In this document: positions 33,863 through 44,405 of the stretch, one piece after another
Position numbering within the stretch: position 1 is the first letter of the stretch
How the letters are laid out: every line of letters starts with the position of its first letter
Source of the DNA: a virus
Virus record (IMG/VR): IMGVR_UViG_3300023184_003849
Location: 32,001 to 96,000 of that record
Strand: one strand, 5' to 3'
DNA length: 64,000 nt
Notes under the pieces: model-generated
Databases searched by the model: none
What the model saw: the letters and a program-made list of their open reading frames with translations, nothing else
What the model was told of the DNA's origin: nothing
Position numbers and translations under genes: made by a program

Positions 33863-35054
33863 AGTTTAATAATTTAGCCATTTCAGGTGCAACATTTGTG
33901 AAATCTTGATTGCGGCGTTGATCAATTTTTTGTATTTGGCTTAATGTTTCTTTTCCATCAGTTGACTTGCCACGCATCATAAAATCCACAATACCCTCAA
34001 AATCTTTTTGATAACCAGTGTGTGCATTGAGTAAATGTTCAGCAATGGCTTGCTTGGTAGTATCGGGCAAGCACCCGATTGAGAAATACCAAGCATCGTG
34101 CATGATATTCCAGTACACAAAATCAAAACCCTGTACACTGATCCAGTGTGCCAGTTGATCAATATAACGCACATTGAAAATGTTTACTGTAGAGCAACAT
34201 TGCAATTGAATGTTACTATACTGCTGGCGCATTTGACGAAACAGTTCAAGATTTCGTTGTACATCTGCCCATTTAGCACCTGTACGCTGATATTCAAATC
34301 TTTCACAGAGGTCATCAATTGAAAATGCAATCTCTACTGTTTTGAAATGTTTCCAAATATGCTCTGCTTGTTCTGGCCATTGTGTGCCATTGGTGTTGTA
34401 GTGTATTTCTACTTGTGATGCAATACCACGGTCCACTATGCCTCGTAACATCGCAAAGTGTTCTTCAATCATAAATGGTTCGCCACCAGTAAATTCGATG
34501 TAACGAATATCATTTAACACCGAATCAATTTGATTCCAAAATTGTTTATTCTCTCTAGGCCAGCGCCCAGCCTTTAACATTTGATAGGGGAAACTTGTTT
34601 TACTGTGCTCTTCTACTGAAGTTGCGATTTCTTCCACAGCAAAACTACTGCTAGACCAAGATCCACATATACGACATTTCAAGTTGCAGATGTTACCTAG
34701 TTTAAGATCCAAAAACATAAGTGGTTTAGCATCTTGAGTCCATCCTGATGTGATGCCCATGTGTTTGAGTCTATCTAGTGTATGCATACGCTTACTAGTG
34801 CGACCAGCATCCTCCTCTTCCCAGCATTTGCGGCAAGTGTGTGGCTGTTGACCTGCTAAAAATGCTTGTCGCAGTTGATACATGTATTCACTGTTTTGAA
34901 TATCTTTAAAATCAGCAGACTTCAAGTTAAATTTAACACTATTACTATCTACTATTTCATCGTCAGCAAGACAACACGGACGCACAGTACCTATAGGCGT
35001 CGCCTCTAGACTAACCCAGGGCAAAACACAAAATTTGTCAGACGGTAAATTCAT
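33855..35054 (-). CDS. Twitch-domain radical SAM protein
   Basis: CVLPW..PCC, CRKC, CNLKCRIC, GGEP, YNTNG. Confidence 0.93.
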   Translation of the reverse strand: MNLPSDKFCVLPWVSLEATPIGTVRPCCLADDEIVDSNSVKFNLKSADFKDIQNSEYMYQLRQAFLAGQQPHTCRKCWEEEDAGRTSKRMHTLDRLKHMGITSGWTQDAKPLMFLDLKLGNICNLKCRICGSWSSSSFAVEEIATSVEEHSKTSFPYQMLKAGRWPRENKQFWNQIDSVLNDIRYIEFTGGEPFMIEEHFAMLRGIVDRGIASQVEIHYNTNGTQWPEQAEHIWKHFKTVEIAFSIDDLCERFEYQRTGAKWADVQRNLELFRQMRQQYSNIQLQCCSTVNIFNVRYIDQLAHWISVQGFDFVYWNIMHDAWYFSIGCLPDTTKQAIAEHLLNAHTGYQKDFEGIVDFMMRGKSTDGKETLSQIQKIDQRRNQDFTNVAPEMAKLLNYV

Positions 35055-36313
35055 TTTAATGCTACCAATTCAGGCAATGCATGTTGCCAGGATTCATTTC
35101 TAATTTCATCTAACCCGTGTGTTCGGCGCCAGAATGTATCAATCAACTGGGTGTTGTCTGTGGCATTCATAAAGGCAATAGCAGATTCAAATCCTTGTGT
35201 GGCACGGCCCAATGAGTCTCTATCACTCATCCAGGACAGATGCTTGCGATACTTTTCTTCTAATCTTTCTTTGTACTCTGCAGGGGCAATATCTATTCTA
35301 TAATATGCAGGATCTTGTAAAATATTTACATTTAAATCTTGCGGTTGAATTAGTCCAGCGGCACACCACTCCTTGTGAAATTCTGGCAAGTGCCAAGCAT
35401 TTAATATGCTTAGTGTGGGTGAGATATAAAAGTCTACCTGGGGACACATTGCAATCATTCGGTGACGATTTTGCACAACATCATACCAATTGGTACCTTT
35501 GCGTATGTATTCGGCAGGATGACCCATGCCATCTAAACTGGCGCCCACTGCCACTGAGTCAAACTGTTGCCAGTATTCAAATACGCTACGGCCTTTCAAG
35601 TCTGTGTGCGTGAAGTTGGTATTGTATATTAAACGCACGTCAAAACGTTTTCTTTTTACAAGTTCTTCAAGAATGTTATAGTGTTCTTCCATCAACAAGG
35701 GTTCACCACCAGCAAAGTATATCTGCTCCACGTAATCCAAATGGGGCTCCAGTTGCGTCCACATGTCTGTCTCTGTGCGTCCTGCATAGTTTAATACACT
35801 ATTGCGATCTTTCCATCCTGGCCCGGCCAGTTTTGCCTGGTCTTGATACCACTGACTACTAAAGATATGCCCACACGATCTGCATTTTAAGTTACATAAG
35901 TTACTGAATCGAATATCCCAATAAGTCATTTCAAAAGGGTTCTCATCCAATTTTTTTATCTGATGTCCGTGATGTTTGTTGGCTGATCTGCGTCCTGAAA
36001 AGAATCCCGATTCTTCTTGCTCATAACAGCGTGTGCAGGCTGCGTGTGGAGTTTCGCTCAGCATATCTGCACGTAGACGTTTCATAGGCTCACCAGTCCA
36101 TATTTCTTCAAGCGTATGAGTTCTACAATTGCCCACCACACCGGGCTTCATTTCGGCATGGCAACAGGGATATGCTTCACCTGTAGGGTAAGCGTGTAAA
36201 TGGATCCAGGGATAGATACAAAAGGTCTTTGAATCTTCTAATAAGAAACGCTCACGTTCTGTTAGTTCTGTGGCACGTACTAGATCTGTGGAGTTATACC
36301 GGTATTGCGTCAT
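35051..36313 (-). CDS. Twitch-domain radical SAM protein
   Basis: CIYPW..PCC, CTRC, CNLKCRSC, GGEP. Confidence 0.93.
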   Translation of the reverse strand: MTQYRYNSTDLVRATELTERERFLLEDSKTFCIYPWIHLHAYPTGEAYPCCHAEMKPGVVGNCRTHTLEEIWTGEPMKRLRADMLSETPHAACTRCYEQEESGFFSGRRSANKHHGHQIKKLDENPFEMTYWDIRFSNLCNLKCRSCGHIFSSQWYQDQAKLAGPGWKDRNSVLNYAGRTETDMWTQLEPHLDYVEQIYFAGGEPLLMEEHYNILEELVKRKRFDVRLIYNTNFTHTDLKGRSVFEYWQQFDSVAVGASLDGMGHPAEYIRKGTNWYDVVQNRHRMIAMCPQVDFYISPTLSILNAWHLPEFHKEWCAAGLIQPQDLNVNILQDPAYYRIDIAPAEYKERLEEKYRKHLSWMSDRDSLGRATQGFESAIAFMNATDNTQLIDTFWRRTHGLDEIRNESWQHALPELVALK

Positions 36314-37631
36314 ACCATTCTTTTAGTTCGGGGAAGGCAGCGCCAAAGTCTTTTGATCTACGTTGATCATACTGTGTGTAGAACTGTCGGAAATCATTTA
36401 ACAGTCGGGGCATTTCAAATGCTTCAGAATGAGGAGTTTTGACCACATCCAAATAATCAATCAAGCGTTGTGTGTGATTGACTTCGTGTTCGTGAATGAT
36501 ATCACTGTCAACCCAGTGCTCTAGCCATGTCTCCAAGCGTTGTCTATATACTGTGCGTTGGGCATCAGGTAGCACCAGTGGCGATTGGAAACTAGGAAAT
36601 CGTAGAATGTTCAATGTAAACGAAACCGCATCTCGGCCATATTCTAGTTTCCAATTCATTATGCACTCTAACAATTGATCCAAGGTAGTCAAACATAATG
36701 CATTAATGGTACACATCACATGTATGCCACGGAACTGCCCTGAGTCTAGTAGTCTTTCTACGTTGTTGGCCCAGTCGTCCCAGACCAGTCCGTCACGGAT
36801 ATACTCTGCTTGAGTGGAGATCGCCTCATTTGACGTGTATAAATCGATTACCATTCCTTGTGTGCTGTCAAGCAATCGGTCAATGTCAACGTCGGTACCC
36901 AGGTTACTGTTGATAGCCAAGCGTGTGCTACTCTTGCCCTGATTATCTCGAAACCAATCAATGAGTCGCCAGGTGTGGGCGGACATGAGGGGCTCTCCTC
37001 CGGTGATTCTAAGTTCTGTAAGAGTGCGATGTAGATCTGACTCCCACCATGCAAAAAATGCGCTAATGTAGGCATTATCCTCCGTGATCTTAAACAACTG
37101 AGAGTTGTCATGAGTGTGAGTAAAGTGGTTACGACCATCACTGACCAGGTTGCGATAGGGTCCGTTATTGCGTATGTCTCGAACCCAAGTTGTGCTAAAT
37201 GCAGGGTTACAGTAACTACAAGCAAACTGACAAGTACGATCGAAAGCAATTTCCAAGGTACGGAGATTGACGTCTTCAGTGGGTAGTGTATTTCTAGCCT
37301 CATGCAATGCCTCTATAGGGTATATCTTACTCTTATACACACGATCACTCACAGCATCGCGACCCATGTCTTCAATTTTCCAACAGTATTCACAGCCTGC
37401 GGGACGTTCTCCGATGATCATCTTGCGACGATCTTCTTTCTTTTGATCAGTGTTGTGCAACAGCCTAGGGTTGGCGCGAACTCGATCAATGTCCACCAAA
37501 TGGGCTGGAGGGTGGTGACAACTTGTGGTCATACCAGAGCCTAACCAAATAGTCGCATTGTACCACTTGGCTGCACAAAAACTTTCACTCAACGTGTCTA
37601 ATACTGTGTGTTTGAATTCTAAATCGTTCAC
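36294..37631 (-). CDS. Twitch-domain radical SAM protein
   Basis: CAAKW..SCHHP, CEYC, CQFACSYC, GGEP. Confidence 0.93.
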   Translation of the reverse strand: MNDLEFKHTVLDTLSESFCAAKWYNATIWLGSGMTTSCHHPPAHLVDIDRVRANPRLLHNTDQKKEDRRKMIIGERPAGCEYCWKIEDMGRDAVSDRVYKSKIYPIEALHEARNTLPTEDVNLRTLEIAFDRTCQFACSYCNPAFSTTWVRDIRNNGPYRNLVSDGRNHFTHTHDNSQLFKITEDNAYISAFFAWWESDLHRTLTELRITGGEPLMSAHTWRLIDWFRDNQGKSSTRLAINSNLGTDVDIDRLLDSTQGMVIDLYTSNEAISTQAEYIRDGLVWDDWANNVERLLDSGQFRGIHVMCTINALCLTTLDQLLECIMNWKLEYGRDAVSFTLNILRFPSFQSPLVLPDAQRTVYRQRLETWLEHWVDSDIIHEHEVNHTQRLIDYLDVVKTPHSEAFEMPRLLNDFRQFYTQYDQRRSKDFGAAFPELKEWYDAIPV

Positions 37632-38737
37632 AAATTGCTTTGGATAAAATTAACAAAGCGGTCAGGAAATTCTTGAAAGATTCGGATTCCTTCTGCCGCC
37701 AAGTGTTGTTGATTATACTTAGTTACGGCCCGACTTGCAACCAGAAATTCCTCCAGATTGCTGTCACACAGGTCTTGTACCACTTGTGCTATCCTGTCTA
37801 ACCGATCTTGATTGTTGGCTATTAGATCAAATGATTCGTCAATCAAGTGACCGAATGTCTGGAATCCTGCATTATGTAAGTCGCGATAAAAACCGCAATT
37901 GGCCACTGCCACAAACGGATGGCCCATGGCTATGGGTTTGTAGATCTTTTCACTGCGCAGGCTGTAAGGATAATCAAACACAGTTTCTGACACCAAACTG
38001 AAATAGGTATCTATATAAGGTTCAGCACGGATGTACACGTCACCCCAGGTGTTGTCAAACAATTCGTGTTTGACGAAAGCATGTTGATACCGATCTTTCT
38101 GCCCTGCGCGGAATTGTTCTACTTCGTATTCTGTGGGTAATAATCGTATCTCGCTGGGTCTTTCAAATAGGTCTGTTGAATAAGTGTGATGGTATACAGG
38201 AGTGGTGTCCAGATTAGTCCAGAGTGCGTGATCCAACAGGCCAGCATCACGCATGCGCTCTATCATGTATTTTCTATGTGGTCTTGTGCGCCCATTTAGA
38301 AACAAGAACTTGTAGGGTTTGTGAAACTTACTGTAGATTTCATCTGCGCGGGTGCCTTGTTCACGATTGCTTTCATAACAGGTTGCTCGATAAGCATAAT
38401 GGTCGTAGACCATGCAGTTGAGTTCAGGCTCCATGTCTCCACATCCTACCAACAGCAATCGCTTTTGTTGAATCAAATCTATCAATCCCAGACGTTGGCA
38501 TTGCAGTTTGAGTGTTTGCGAACCTTCTGAAGGATTGGCCAATACAGGCAAACAAATGTTGCTAAGTTGTTTTACCCGATCTGCATATCGGTTCACAGTT
38601 TGTCTGGCCAGTACAACAACGTCATTGGGTCTGGGTTCGTACTGTTCAAAATCCCAAAATGTATCATCCACTAGATGTTGTATTTCCGCATATATCTCAC
38701 AGGAAGTGTCGCATACCAGACTGTGGTTACCTAGCAT
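37628..38737 (-). CDS. TEK-motif protein (GT10-like)
   Basis: LVSET..RSEKIYKPI..GFQTF..IDESFD; start moved to ATG 38737. Confidence 0.75.
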   Translation of the reverse strand: MLGNHSLVCDTSCEIYAEIQHLVDDTFWDFEQYEPRPNDVVVLARQTVNRYADRVKQLSNICLPVLANPSEGSQTLKLQCQRLGLIDLIQQKRLLLVGCGDMEPELNCMVYDHYAYRATCYESNREQGTRADEIYSKFHKPYKFLFLNGRTRPHRKYMIERMRDAGLLDHALWTNLDTTPVYHHTYSTDLFERPSEIRLLPTEYEVEQFRAGQKDRYQHAFVKHELFDNTWGDVYIRAEPYIDTYFSLVSETVFDYPYSLRSEKIYKPIAMGHPFVAVANCGFYRDLHNAGFQTFGHLIDESFDLIANNQDRLDRIAQVVQDLCDSNLEEFLVASRAVTKYNQQHLAAEGIRIFQEFPDRFVNFIQSNL

Positions 38738-40130
38738 GATACTGACATTCTTCCCACCAAGATCGCATTTCAGGAAATGTTTGTAAAAAGTCTGTGCCGC
38801 GTCGACGGTCATGTTCTGCAAAGAATCTGTAAAAGTCTGCACGTGCCTCGGAATGATCCTGATTTTGAGCACTACGCATCCAGGCAATGTCTCGGTCCAA
38901 GCGGGCAACTTCATAGTCCTTGAATCCTTGATGCGGATATCTGGGATCTTCCAGGTGTTCTAACATAAATTGTTTGACTTCTTCTAACTTGGCAATATAA
39001 CTTGCAGGCAAGATTTGCAAACTCTGCCATGTGGGTGTGCGTAGCACAGGAGTATCAAACCATATGCGTTGATAGGTTCTACTGTGTGTTCTTCTTAAAA
39101 ACAATATCCAACCCAGCAAAGATTTTAATCCTGTAACTGAAAGATTGTTCATGGTAATGATAAATGTAAGACTGTTATAAGCAGGAACTTCTGTCAAATA
39201 ACGATCAACGTTGTGGAACATTCGCATGTAGTCAAGTCCGTGGCGTATGTATTCAGCCTGCGCGGGTATTCCTGAATCCACGCTTACATATTGCATGAAG
39301 TGTTCTATACGACCATCGCAGATTTGTTTAACTGAATCTAAGTAGCGTTTGAACAGTTCAGGCTCTACTGAGAAGTTTGATGTTACATTTAAATGCAGTT
39401 TTTTACTAGGATTGGCCATGATATAATCAAATACTCGATAGGTGTTCCGGTCCATGAGTGGCTCACCGCCAGTCATTCTAAAATGCTCTAGTTCGGGATA
39501 CAGTGTCGGCCACCACTGCCAAAAGGCATCGACGTAGGGATTAGACTCTCGGGCAGGTATTGGTCGTCGAGAAGCAGTAAAGTGTGCCGGATCATTGTGA
39601 GGAACAAGGGTGGGAAAAGCACCGTGTCGTTGTACTTCATCAGCCCATGAACTGCTAAATTGAGGACTACAATAACTACATTTAAGATTGCAAGCATTGT
39701 TGAAGTTGACTTCCACGTAGGATGGAATAATATCATCTTCATCTCCGGTTGAGTTCTTTATCCGTTCAAAGTCTACCGCGGCCCAAGGCTCGCCCGAACG
39801 ATAGTGTCTGTCCGATAGTTTGCCTTGATCTTCCATGTTCCAGCAATATGAACATTCTGTAGGACGCTCCTGCTGAAGCATTATTTTCCGCTGTGCTTTT
39901 TTGTGCCAAGTGTTGTGCAAAGCCGCAGGGTTGGTTTTTATTGCTTCTGGATCTATCATGTGTAGCGGAGGATGATAACAGGAGTTGTTGAGTCCAGTGG
40001 GCAAATGTAAAGAGACTTGCTTCCATTTGGCCAGGCACAGTGCTGGACCCAGTTGATCTTTCATTTGTTCTGCTTGATGCATAAATTCTGATTTGGAATT
40101 TTTGTCAATGTTGTTTTTTTCAAGCATCAA
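38727..40130 (-). CDS. Twitch-domain radical SAM protein
   Basis: CLAKW..SCYHP, CSYC, CNLKCSYC, GGEP. Confidence 0.93.
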   Translation of the reverse strand: MMLEKNNIDKNSKSEFMHQAEQMKDQLGPALCLAKWKQVSLHLPTGLNNSCYHPPLHMIDPEAIKTNPAALHNTWHKKAQRKIMLQQERPTECSYCWNMEDQGKLSDRHYRSGEPWAAVDFERIKNSTGDEDDIIPSYVEVNFNNACNLKCSYCSPQFSSSWADEVQRHGAFPTLVPHNDPAHFTASRRPIPARESNPYVDAFWQWWPTLYPELEHFRMTGGEPLMDRNTYRVFDYIMANPSKKLHLNVTSNFSVEPELFKRYLDSVKQICDGRIEHFMQYVSVDSGIPAQAEYIRHGLDYMRMFHNVDRYLTEVPAYNSLTFIITMNNLSVTGLKSLLGWILFLRRTHSRTYQRIWFDTPVLRTPTWQSLQILPASYIAKLEEVKQFMLEHLEDPRYPHQGFKDYEVARLDRDIAWMRSAQNQDHSEARADFYRFFAEHDRRRGTDFLQTFPEMRSWWEECQYHAR

Positions 40131-41103
40131 AAACTCTTTCTATATCTTGCTTGGTTAAATCTAGTAATAAGTCTCTGTTATGTCTCAATGTGGGCAACAT
40201 ATCTTGATACATTGACTGTAATTCCCCCAAGGACAACTTGCTCAAATGTTCTAAATTGTCAAAAATGCAAGACACTTGACAACCGTCTGGGTCTTCGCTG
40301 TAGCCTTCATCCCACCACTGATGAAATGTTTTGAATCCTATCCGTCTGAAATTTTTAATCCAATTGCTCGGTCCTTGTATCATAATAGGGGTGAGCGCCA
40401 GAGTAGGCCGCCATACTTTTTCGTCTATATAAAAGGTTGTTCCTGAAAAAAATGTAAGGTTGACTATTTCAAGAAAAAACTTTGGATAATATTTGAGTAA
40501 GTTTATGTTTGTTGGTTGAAGTATAGGAAAAGTTGTAATCTTATCCAATTCAATGGGGGCATGTTTGATATGATTGTATGCAGTATCTAGCATAGATTCT
40601 GTGACCCCAATGAACATGAGATCTTCAAGACCTATGTATTCTCTATGGTACTCCTCAGTTACTTTACAGTGATAACTTTGTAGTGTTTTGTCTGAATATT
40701 GAGATTTTAATAAACTACTGGTTTGCAGTCGATATTTGTTACTATGACCTATAAAATTTGCAAAATGTTTGAAATCCGAATCAAACTTTTTTTCAAAATT
40801 TGGAAATTGTTTACTGTTAATAATTGATCTTTCTAGTTCCCAAAAATTGAAATCTTTATGAATATGATATTTTGTATGTGATTCCAACATATTGGAGGTG
40901 TAGATATGAATACAACCATGATCAAAATTGAATTTTTTACAAATCTTATCAATCAGGCAATATAATCCCACATGTTCACAACAAGGCCCTTCTGACATGG
41001 TGTTGATATGTGCCTGTCCAGTGGTTTGTATCTCATACACTACGTCTAAAATAAATTGATCTGTGGCCCTGATTTTGCCATCGTTGGTTAATAATGATAT
41101 CAT
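40120..41103 (-). CDS. Divergent TEK-motif protein, AT-rich
   Basis: IDEKVWRP..GFKTF..WDEGYS. Confidence 0.65.
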   Translation of the reverse strand: MISLLTNDGKIRATDQFILDVVYEIQTTGQAHINTMSEGPCCEHVGLYCLIDKICKKFNFDHGCIHIYTSNMLESHTKYHIHKDFNFWELERSIINSKQFPNFEKKFDSDFKHFANFIGHSNKYRLQTSSLLKSQYSDKTLQSYHCKVTEEYHREYIGLEDLMFIGVTESMLDTAYNHIKHAPIELDKITTFPILQPTNINLLKYYPKFFLEIVNLTFFSGTTFYIDEKVWRPTLALTPIMIQGPSNWIKNFRRIGFKTFHQWWDEGYSEDPDGCQVSCIFDNLEHLSKLSLGELQSMYQDMLPTLRHNRDLLLDLTKQDIERVFDA

Positions 41104-41684
41104 TTAAATACTGGCATTTCTGGCAAGTAGGGATACTCATCCTGGGTCCATACCCTTGCTTTTGTGGCACATGCTTGGGGTAATTTTTCAAGTCCCATTT
41201 TTGCTGTGTCAATGGTCATGTAGTAATGATATCCAATTGTGTCAATGTTTTGTTCTTTCCAGGGTTGAATTGGAATGCGACCATCATGAGTCATTTTTTT
41301 GAGAACAATGTAATCATTGTAATTGTCTAGCAATATTGCGCCCCCGCGTATGAGATTTAGATGTTTCTTATATTGAAAACTCAAACACATAAAAGTATTG
41401 GACACATACCCATCTTGTTGCCAGTATGTGGCTGCATCTATAATTTTGGTATTCCCTATATAGTAATACCCAGCCCAATTTGTATCAACGAACGACCAAC
41501 TTAATCCTAATTTTTCAAAAGTAAACGGAATAGAAATGTATGTTCTAGCAGGGCATGTAACGTTGTTATCTTTTGTGTAACGCAGAGCAAGTTCAATTGC
41601 ATGTGTACAAGAATCTGTGGCAACAGCATAAGGCGCCCCAAAAAACTGTGACAATTGTAATTCAAATTCTTCAACCATATTCAT
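41100..41684 (-). CDS. Short DegT/DnrJ-type aminotransferase
   Basis: DSCTHAIEL, IIDAA, SFQYKKHL..GGAI. Confidence 0.85.
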   Translation of the reverse strand: MNMVEEFELQLSQFFGAPYAVATDSCTHAIELALRYTKDNNVTCPARTYISIPFTFEKLGLSWSFVDTNWAGYYYIGNTKIIDAATYWQQDGYVSNTFMCLSFQYKKHLNLIRGGAILLDNYNDYIVLKKMTHDGRIPIQPWKEQNIDTIGYHYYMTIDTAKMGLEKLPQACATKARVWTQDEYPYLPEMPVFK

Positions 41685-42430
41685 GCATATTCCCAATTTA
41701 GAGTGTCATTCAAAGGCCAGTGTAAACCTCTCCATGTTTGTAATACGTTAAACGCTTCTTTTTTATCTATATGTACGTCAAAATAATTTTGTAATTTACC
41801 AACCACACTAGTATCATTACCTTCTATTAGCCATTCTAATGGAATAATATGGTTTTGATCTATATTTTTGACAATATGATTGCGTCGATTTTCAACTATG
41901 CATTTTAAATTTTTTATATTTTCTTTACACCATGCGCCTAATCCGTAAGTTTTTATAAAATTAGTTTTTTGTTCTTCAATATCAGTTTCAAATGTAAAAT
42001 TATGCATGATTTCTACGCCTTTTTTTTCACAGTATGCTCTAATTTGCCATTCTAACCCAAAATCAGTGATTGGCATAACAATAAGGCTAGGCATCTTTCT
42101 CAGAAAGGAATAAAAATTATCCAGATCATAAACAAAACTGTGATTGATAAAAACAATCGGTTTGTCTGCTGGACGAACGTTTTTCTCATATTGTTCCCAG
42201 TCAAGTTCGTGACTCAGATCGATTCCATAATATTCTTTGTAATTCCCTATTTTACTCTCTAAAAAAATCCATTCCTGTTTATTTGATTTCAATCTTTCTG
42301 GATATTGCTTTAAAATTTTTTCAAGTCTTGGTTCTGCAAATGGCCAATAAACATCATTACTTAATAGAATGATATTTTTTACTAGATTTGATGCGGCTCC
42401 TATATCTCCGCAAACTAAAAAATTTACCAT
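41681..42430 (-). CDS. Hypothetical protein, AT-rich (possible P-loop/sulfotransferase-like fold)
   Basis: ORF track; weak N-terminal G..GAAS. Confidence 0.6.
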   Translation of the reverse strand: MVNFLVCGDIGAASNLVKNIILLSNDVYWPFAEPRLEKILKQYPERLKSNKQEWIFLESKIGNYKEYYGIDLSHELDWEQYEKNVRPADKPIVFINHSFVYDLDNFYSFLRKMPSLIVMPITDFGLEWQIRAYCEKKGVEIMHNFTFETDIEEQKTNFIKTYGLGAWCKENIKNLKCIVENRRNHIVKNIDQNHIIPLEWLIEGNDTSVVGKLQNYFDVHIDKKEAFNVLQTWRGLHWPLNDTLNWEYA

Positions 42431-43350
42431 CCTTCCTGGCCTCTAATCACATCTATCTCTCTAACCATGACACCCTGATTGTGCCAGTTGCTACGATAGT
42501 GATGCTTGAAGAATCTGCTGGCCTCTGCTGTGAGCATGTGCATGGGCAGATCCAATTGTGTAGCCAAGTCATCTGCCAGTCGGTTGGCTATGATTTCAGG
42601 TTGATCGTTTCTCACAGTTTCAAACAATTCTGCCAAGGCTGTAAAGTTTTGTACCTGTAAGTAATCCCAGTTTGTTAGCATGGTCATGTAAGTGCCTTGA
42701 CGTGCACCAGCAATTGACCAGTATCCATAGTCTACATCACCGCCCACATTGTGCCAGATTGTGAGATGATCTAAATTGCGTTGATGCACACGATCACGAA
42801 ACTCTGCTACACTGGGTCTTGCCCCTCGATTCAAACACATCTTGACGCCTTCACGGAATCCGGCACGCCAAGCATGAAAAGCCGATCCATTGGGATATGT
42901 TATACTATAACAATCGTTCATGGCCCAGTATAGCGGATCAAAACAAAACTCTATCTGTGTTTCTGTTGCACCATCTGTATTTTCATGTGTGCGCATGTTT
43001 TTTACATGTGTTCGGGTCCACGATGAGAGGCCACCATTGCCATACATCAATCCATTGACATGATTACGTGCTCGCCATCTAAACACAGCCTGCTCATAAT
43101 CACTAGTAGGAAAATCCAGTGTTTGATTAAAAAATGCCGGATCGGGTAAGTTGTCGCCATCAATGAGAATAAATCTTTCTGTATCACTTGCATCAGCGGC
43201 TGCTTTGTGTGCCGCGTCAGATCCGTGTACGCCATCAACTCGTCGGGCCCAAGGAACCATATTTTTGATCCGGATCCAAAATTCTTCTTTTTGTGGTTCG
43301 TCATATGATAGGTAAATACAGTCTAAATCTGCTATGTCAATCTTGCTCAT
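42424..43350 (-). CDS. GT-A-like glycosyltransferase
   Basis: LSYDE, LIDGDN (DxD), NGLMYGNGG, WRAGFREGVK. Confidence 0.75.
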   Translation of the reverse strand: MSKIDIADLDCIYLSYDEPQKEEFWIRIKNMVPWARRVDGVHGSDAAHKAAADASDTERFILIDGDNLPDPAFFNQTLDFPTSDYEQAVFRWRARNHVNGLMYGNGGLSSWTRTHVKNMRTHENTDGATETQIEFCFDPLYWAMNDCYSITYPNGSAFHAWRAGFREGVKMCLNRGARPSVAEFRDRVHQRNLDHLTIWHNVGGDVDYGYWSIAGARQGTYMTMLTNWDYLQVQNFTALAELFETVRNDQPEIIANRLADDLATQLDLPMHMLTAEASRFFKHHYRSNWHNQGVMVREIDVIRGQEGW

Positions 43351-43678
43351 GTAGTTTTAACTTCCATCGTTGGTGTTCTTCTTGTGCGCTCACAACAACA
43401 GCAACATCAGTAGGGTGGCATGGTGTTCCAGTGTCACTAGGTACCAATTTTGGCGGTACTGGTCGCTTGCGTGGTTTTAACACGCCATCGACTACACGCA
43501 CTTGCAGGTCTCTTAATGCAAACTGTTCTGGAGTAACGTCGATGTACTTACCGGGCTGATCTTCGTGGCTATAAAACAATGGCAGTCCTGAATCATCATA
43601 GTAAAGTCTTAGATAAACAGGCTTGATTTCAGGCCATTTGATGTTTTTCCAAAAGTCTAAAAATTCTTCGTCATTCAC
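43337..43678 (-). CDS. Hypothetical protein
   Basis: ORF track. Confidence 0.7.
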   Translation of the reverse strand: MNDEEFLDFWKNIKWPEIKPVYLRLYYDDSGLPLFYSHEDQPGKYIDVTPEQFALRDLQVRVVDGVLKPRKRPVPPKLVPSDTGTPCHPTDVAVVVSAQEEHQRWKLKLHEQD

Positions 43679-44405
43679 TGCGCCAGTCCTTCACGTGATA
43701 ATGAACTGCACCCCATTGTGCTACTGTGTTGAATCTTAATGGGTTGCTTTCCCATACTAGTTCATTTGTCCAATTTGATGTATGAGTTGCGATCATGTGG
43801 CGTTTCATATGCACAATTTTTGGATACGAAGCAAACGGCATAGTGACCAGTTCTGGCCCAATGATCTGTGCGGCCATTGCATACACTAAATCTGTAGACG
43901 GCACATCATCTGGAAACTTTAGTAATGTTCGATATTCAGTCCAGTTCTCAAAGATGTTGCGCACCAAGCGAAAGAACTCCTGTGCTGTTTGACTCACACG
44001 CCAGTAGGTTATGGCATTGTAAACATCGGGCAAATGGTTAGCGTCAAACACTTTTCTGTAGTATCTACTGGCAGCAGGTTGGTCATAAAAATCTCTAGCA
44101 CCTGTAGATATCACAAGGTCTCGATGTTCAAACATAGTCCACCAGTGATCGATTGAACTGGCTATGACCATGTCTGCTTCTAGTTTGATAGTTTGCCTGT
44201 AGGGACTGGCCGCAAAGCATTGCCAATCATTGGCAAACCCACCTTGGTCGCCATTGGGCAACATTTCTCTGGTGAGTATGGTTATGTTGGCTTCAGGATG
44301 GTGTTGGCGTATGCTTGCTGCCAACTGTTCAGCACAAGCCACATAGTTTACTGATTCTGTATCGATGGCCGGTATAAGATAGCCACGTTCAGCAAGTATT
44401 GGCAA
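43671..44405 (-). CDS. GT-A/GT8-like glycosyltransferase
   Basis: SPYRQTIKLEADM, HMK, HY. Confidence 0.75.
   Translation of the reverse strand: MPILAERGYLIPAIDTESVNYVACAEQLAASIRQHHPEANITILTREMLPNGDQGGFANDWQCFAASPYRQTIKLEADMVIASSIDHWWTMFEHRDLVISTGARDFYDQPAASRYYRKVFDANHLPDVYNAITYWRVSQTAQEFFRLVRNIFENWTEYRTLLKFPDDVPSTDLVYAMAAQIIGPELVTMPFASYPKIVHMKRHMIATHTSNWTNELVWESNPLRFNTVAQWGAVHYHVKDWRSE

Noticed and set aside
37628-38914. Long 188-nt overlap between the TEK gene and the radical SAM gene
   Set aside because: An artefact of the upstream start; ATG 38737 gives a normal short overlap.
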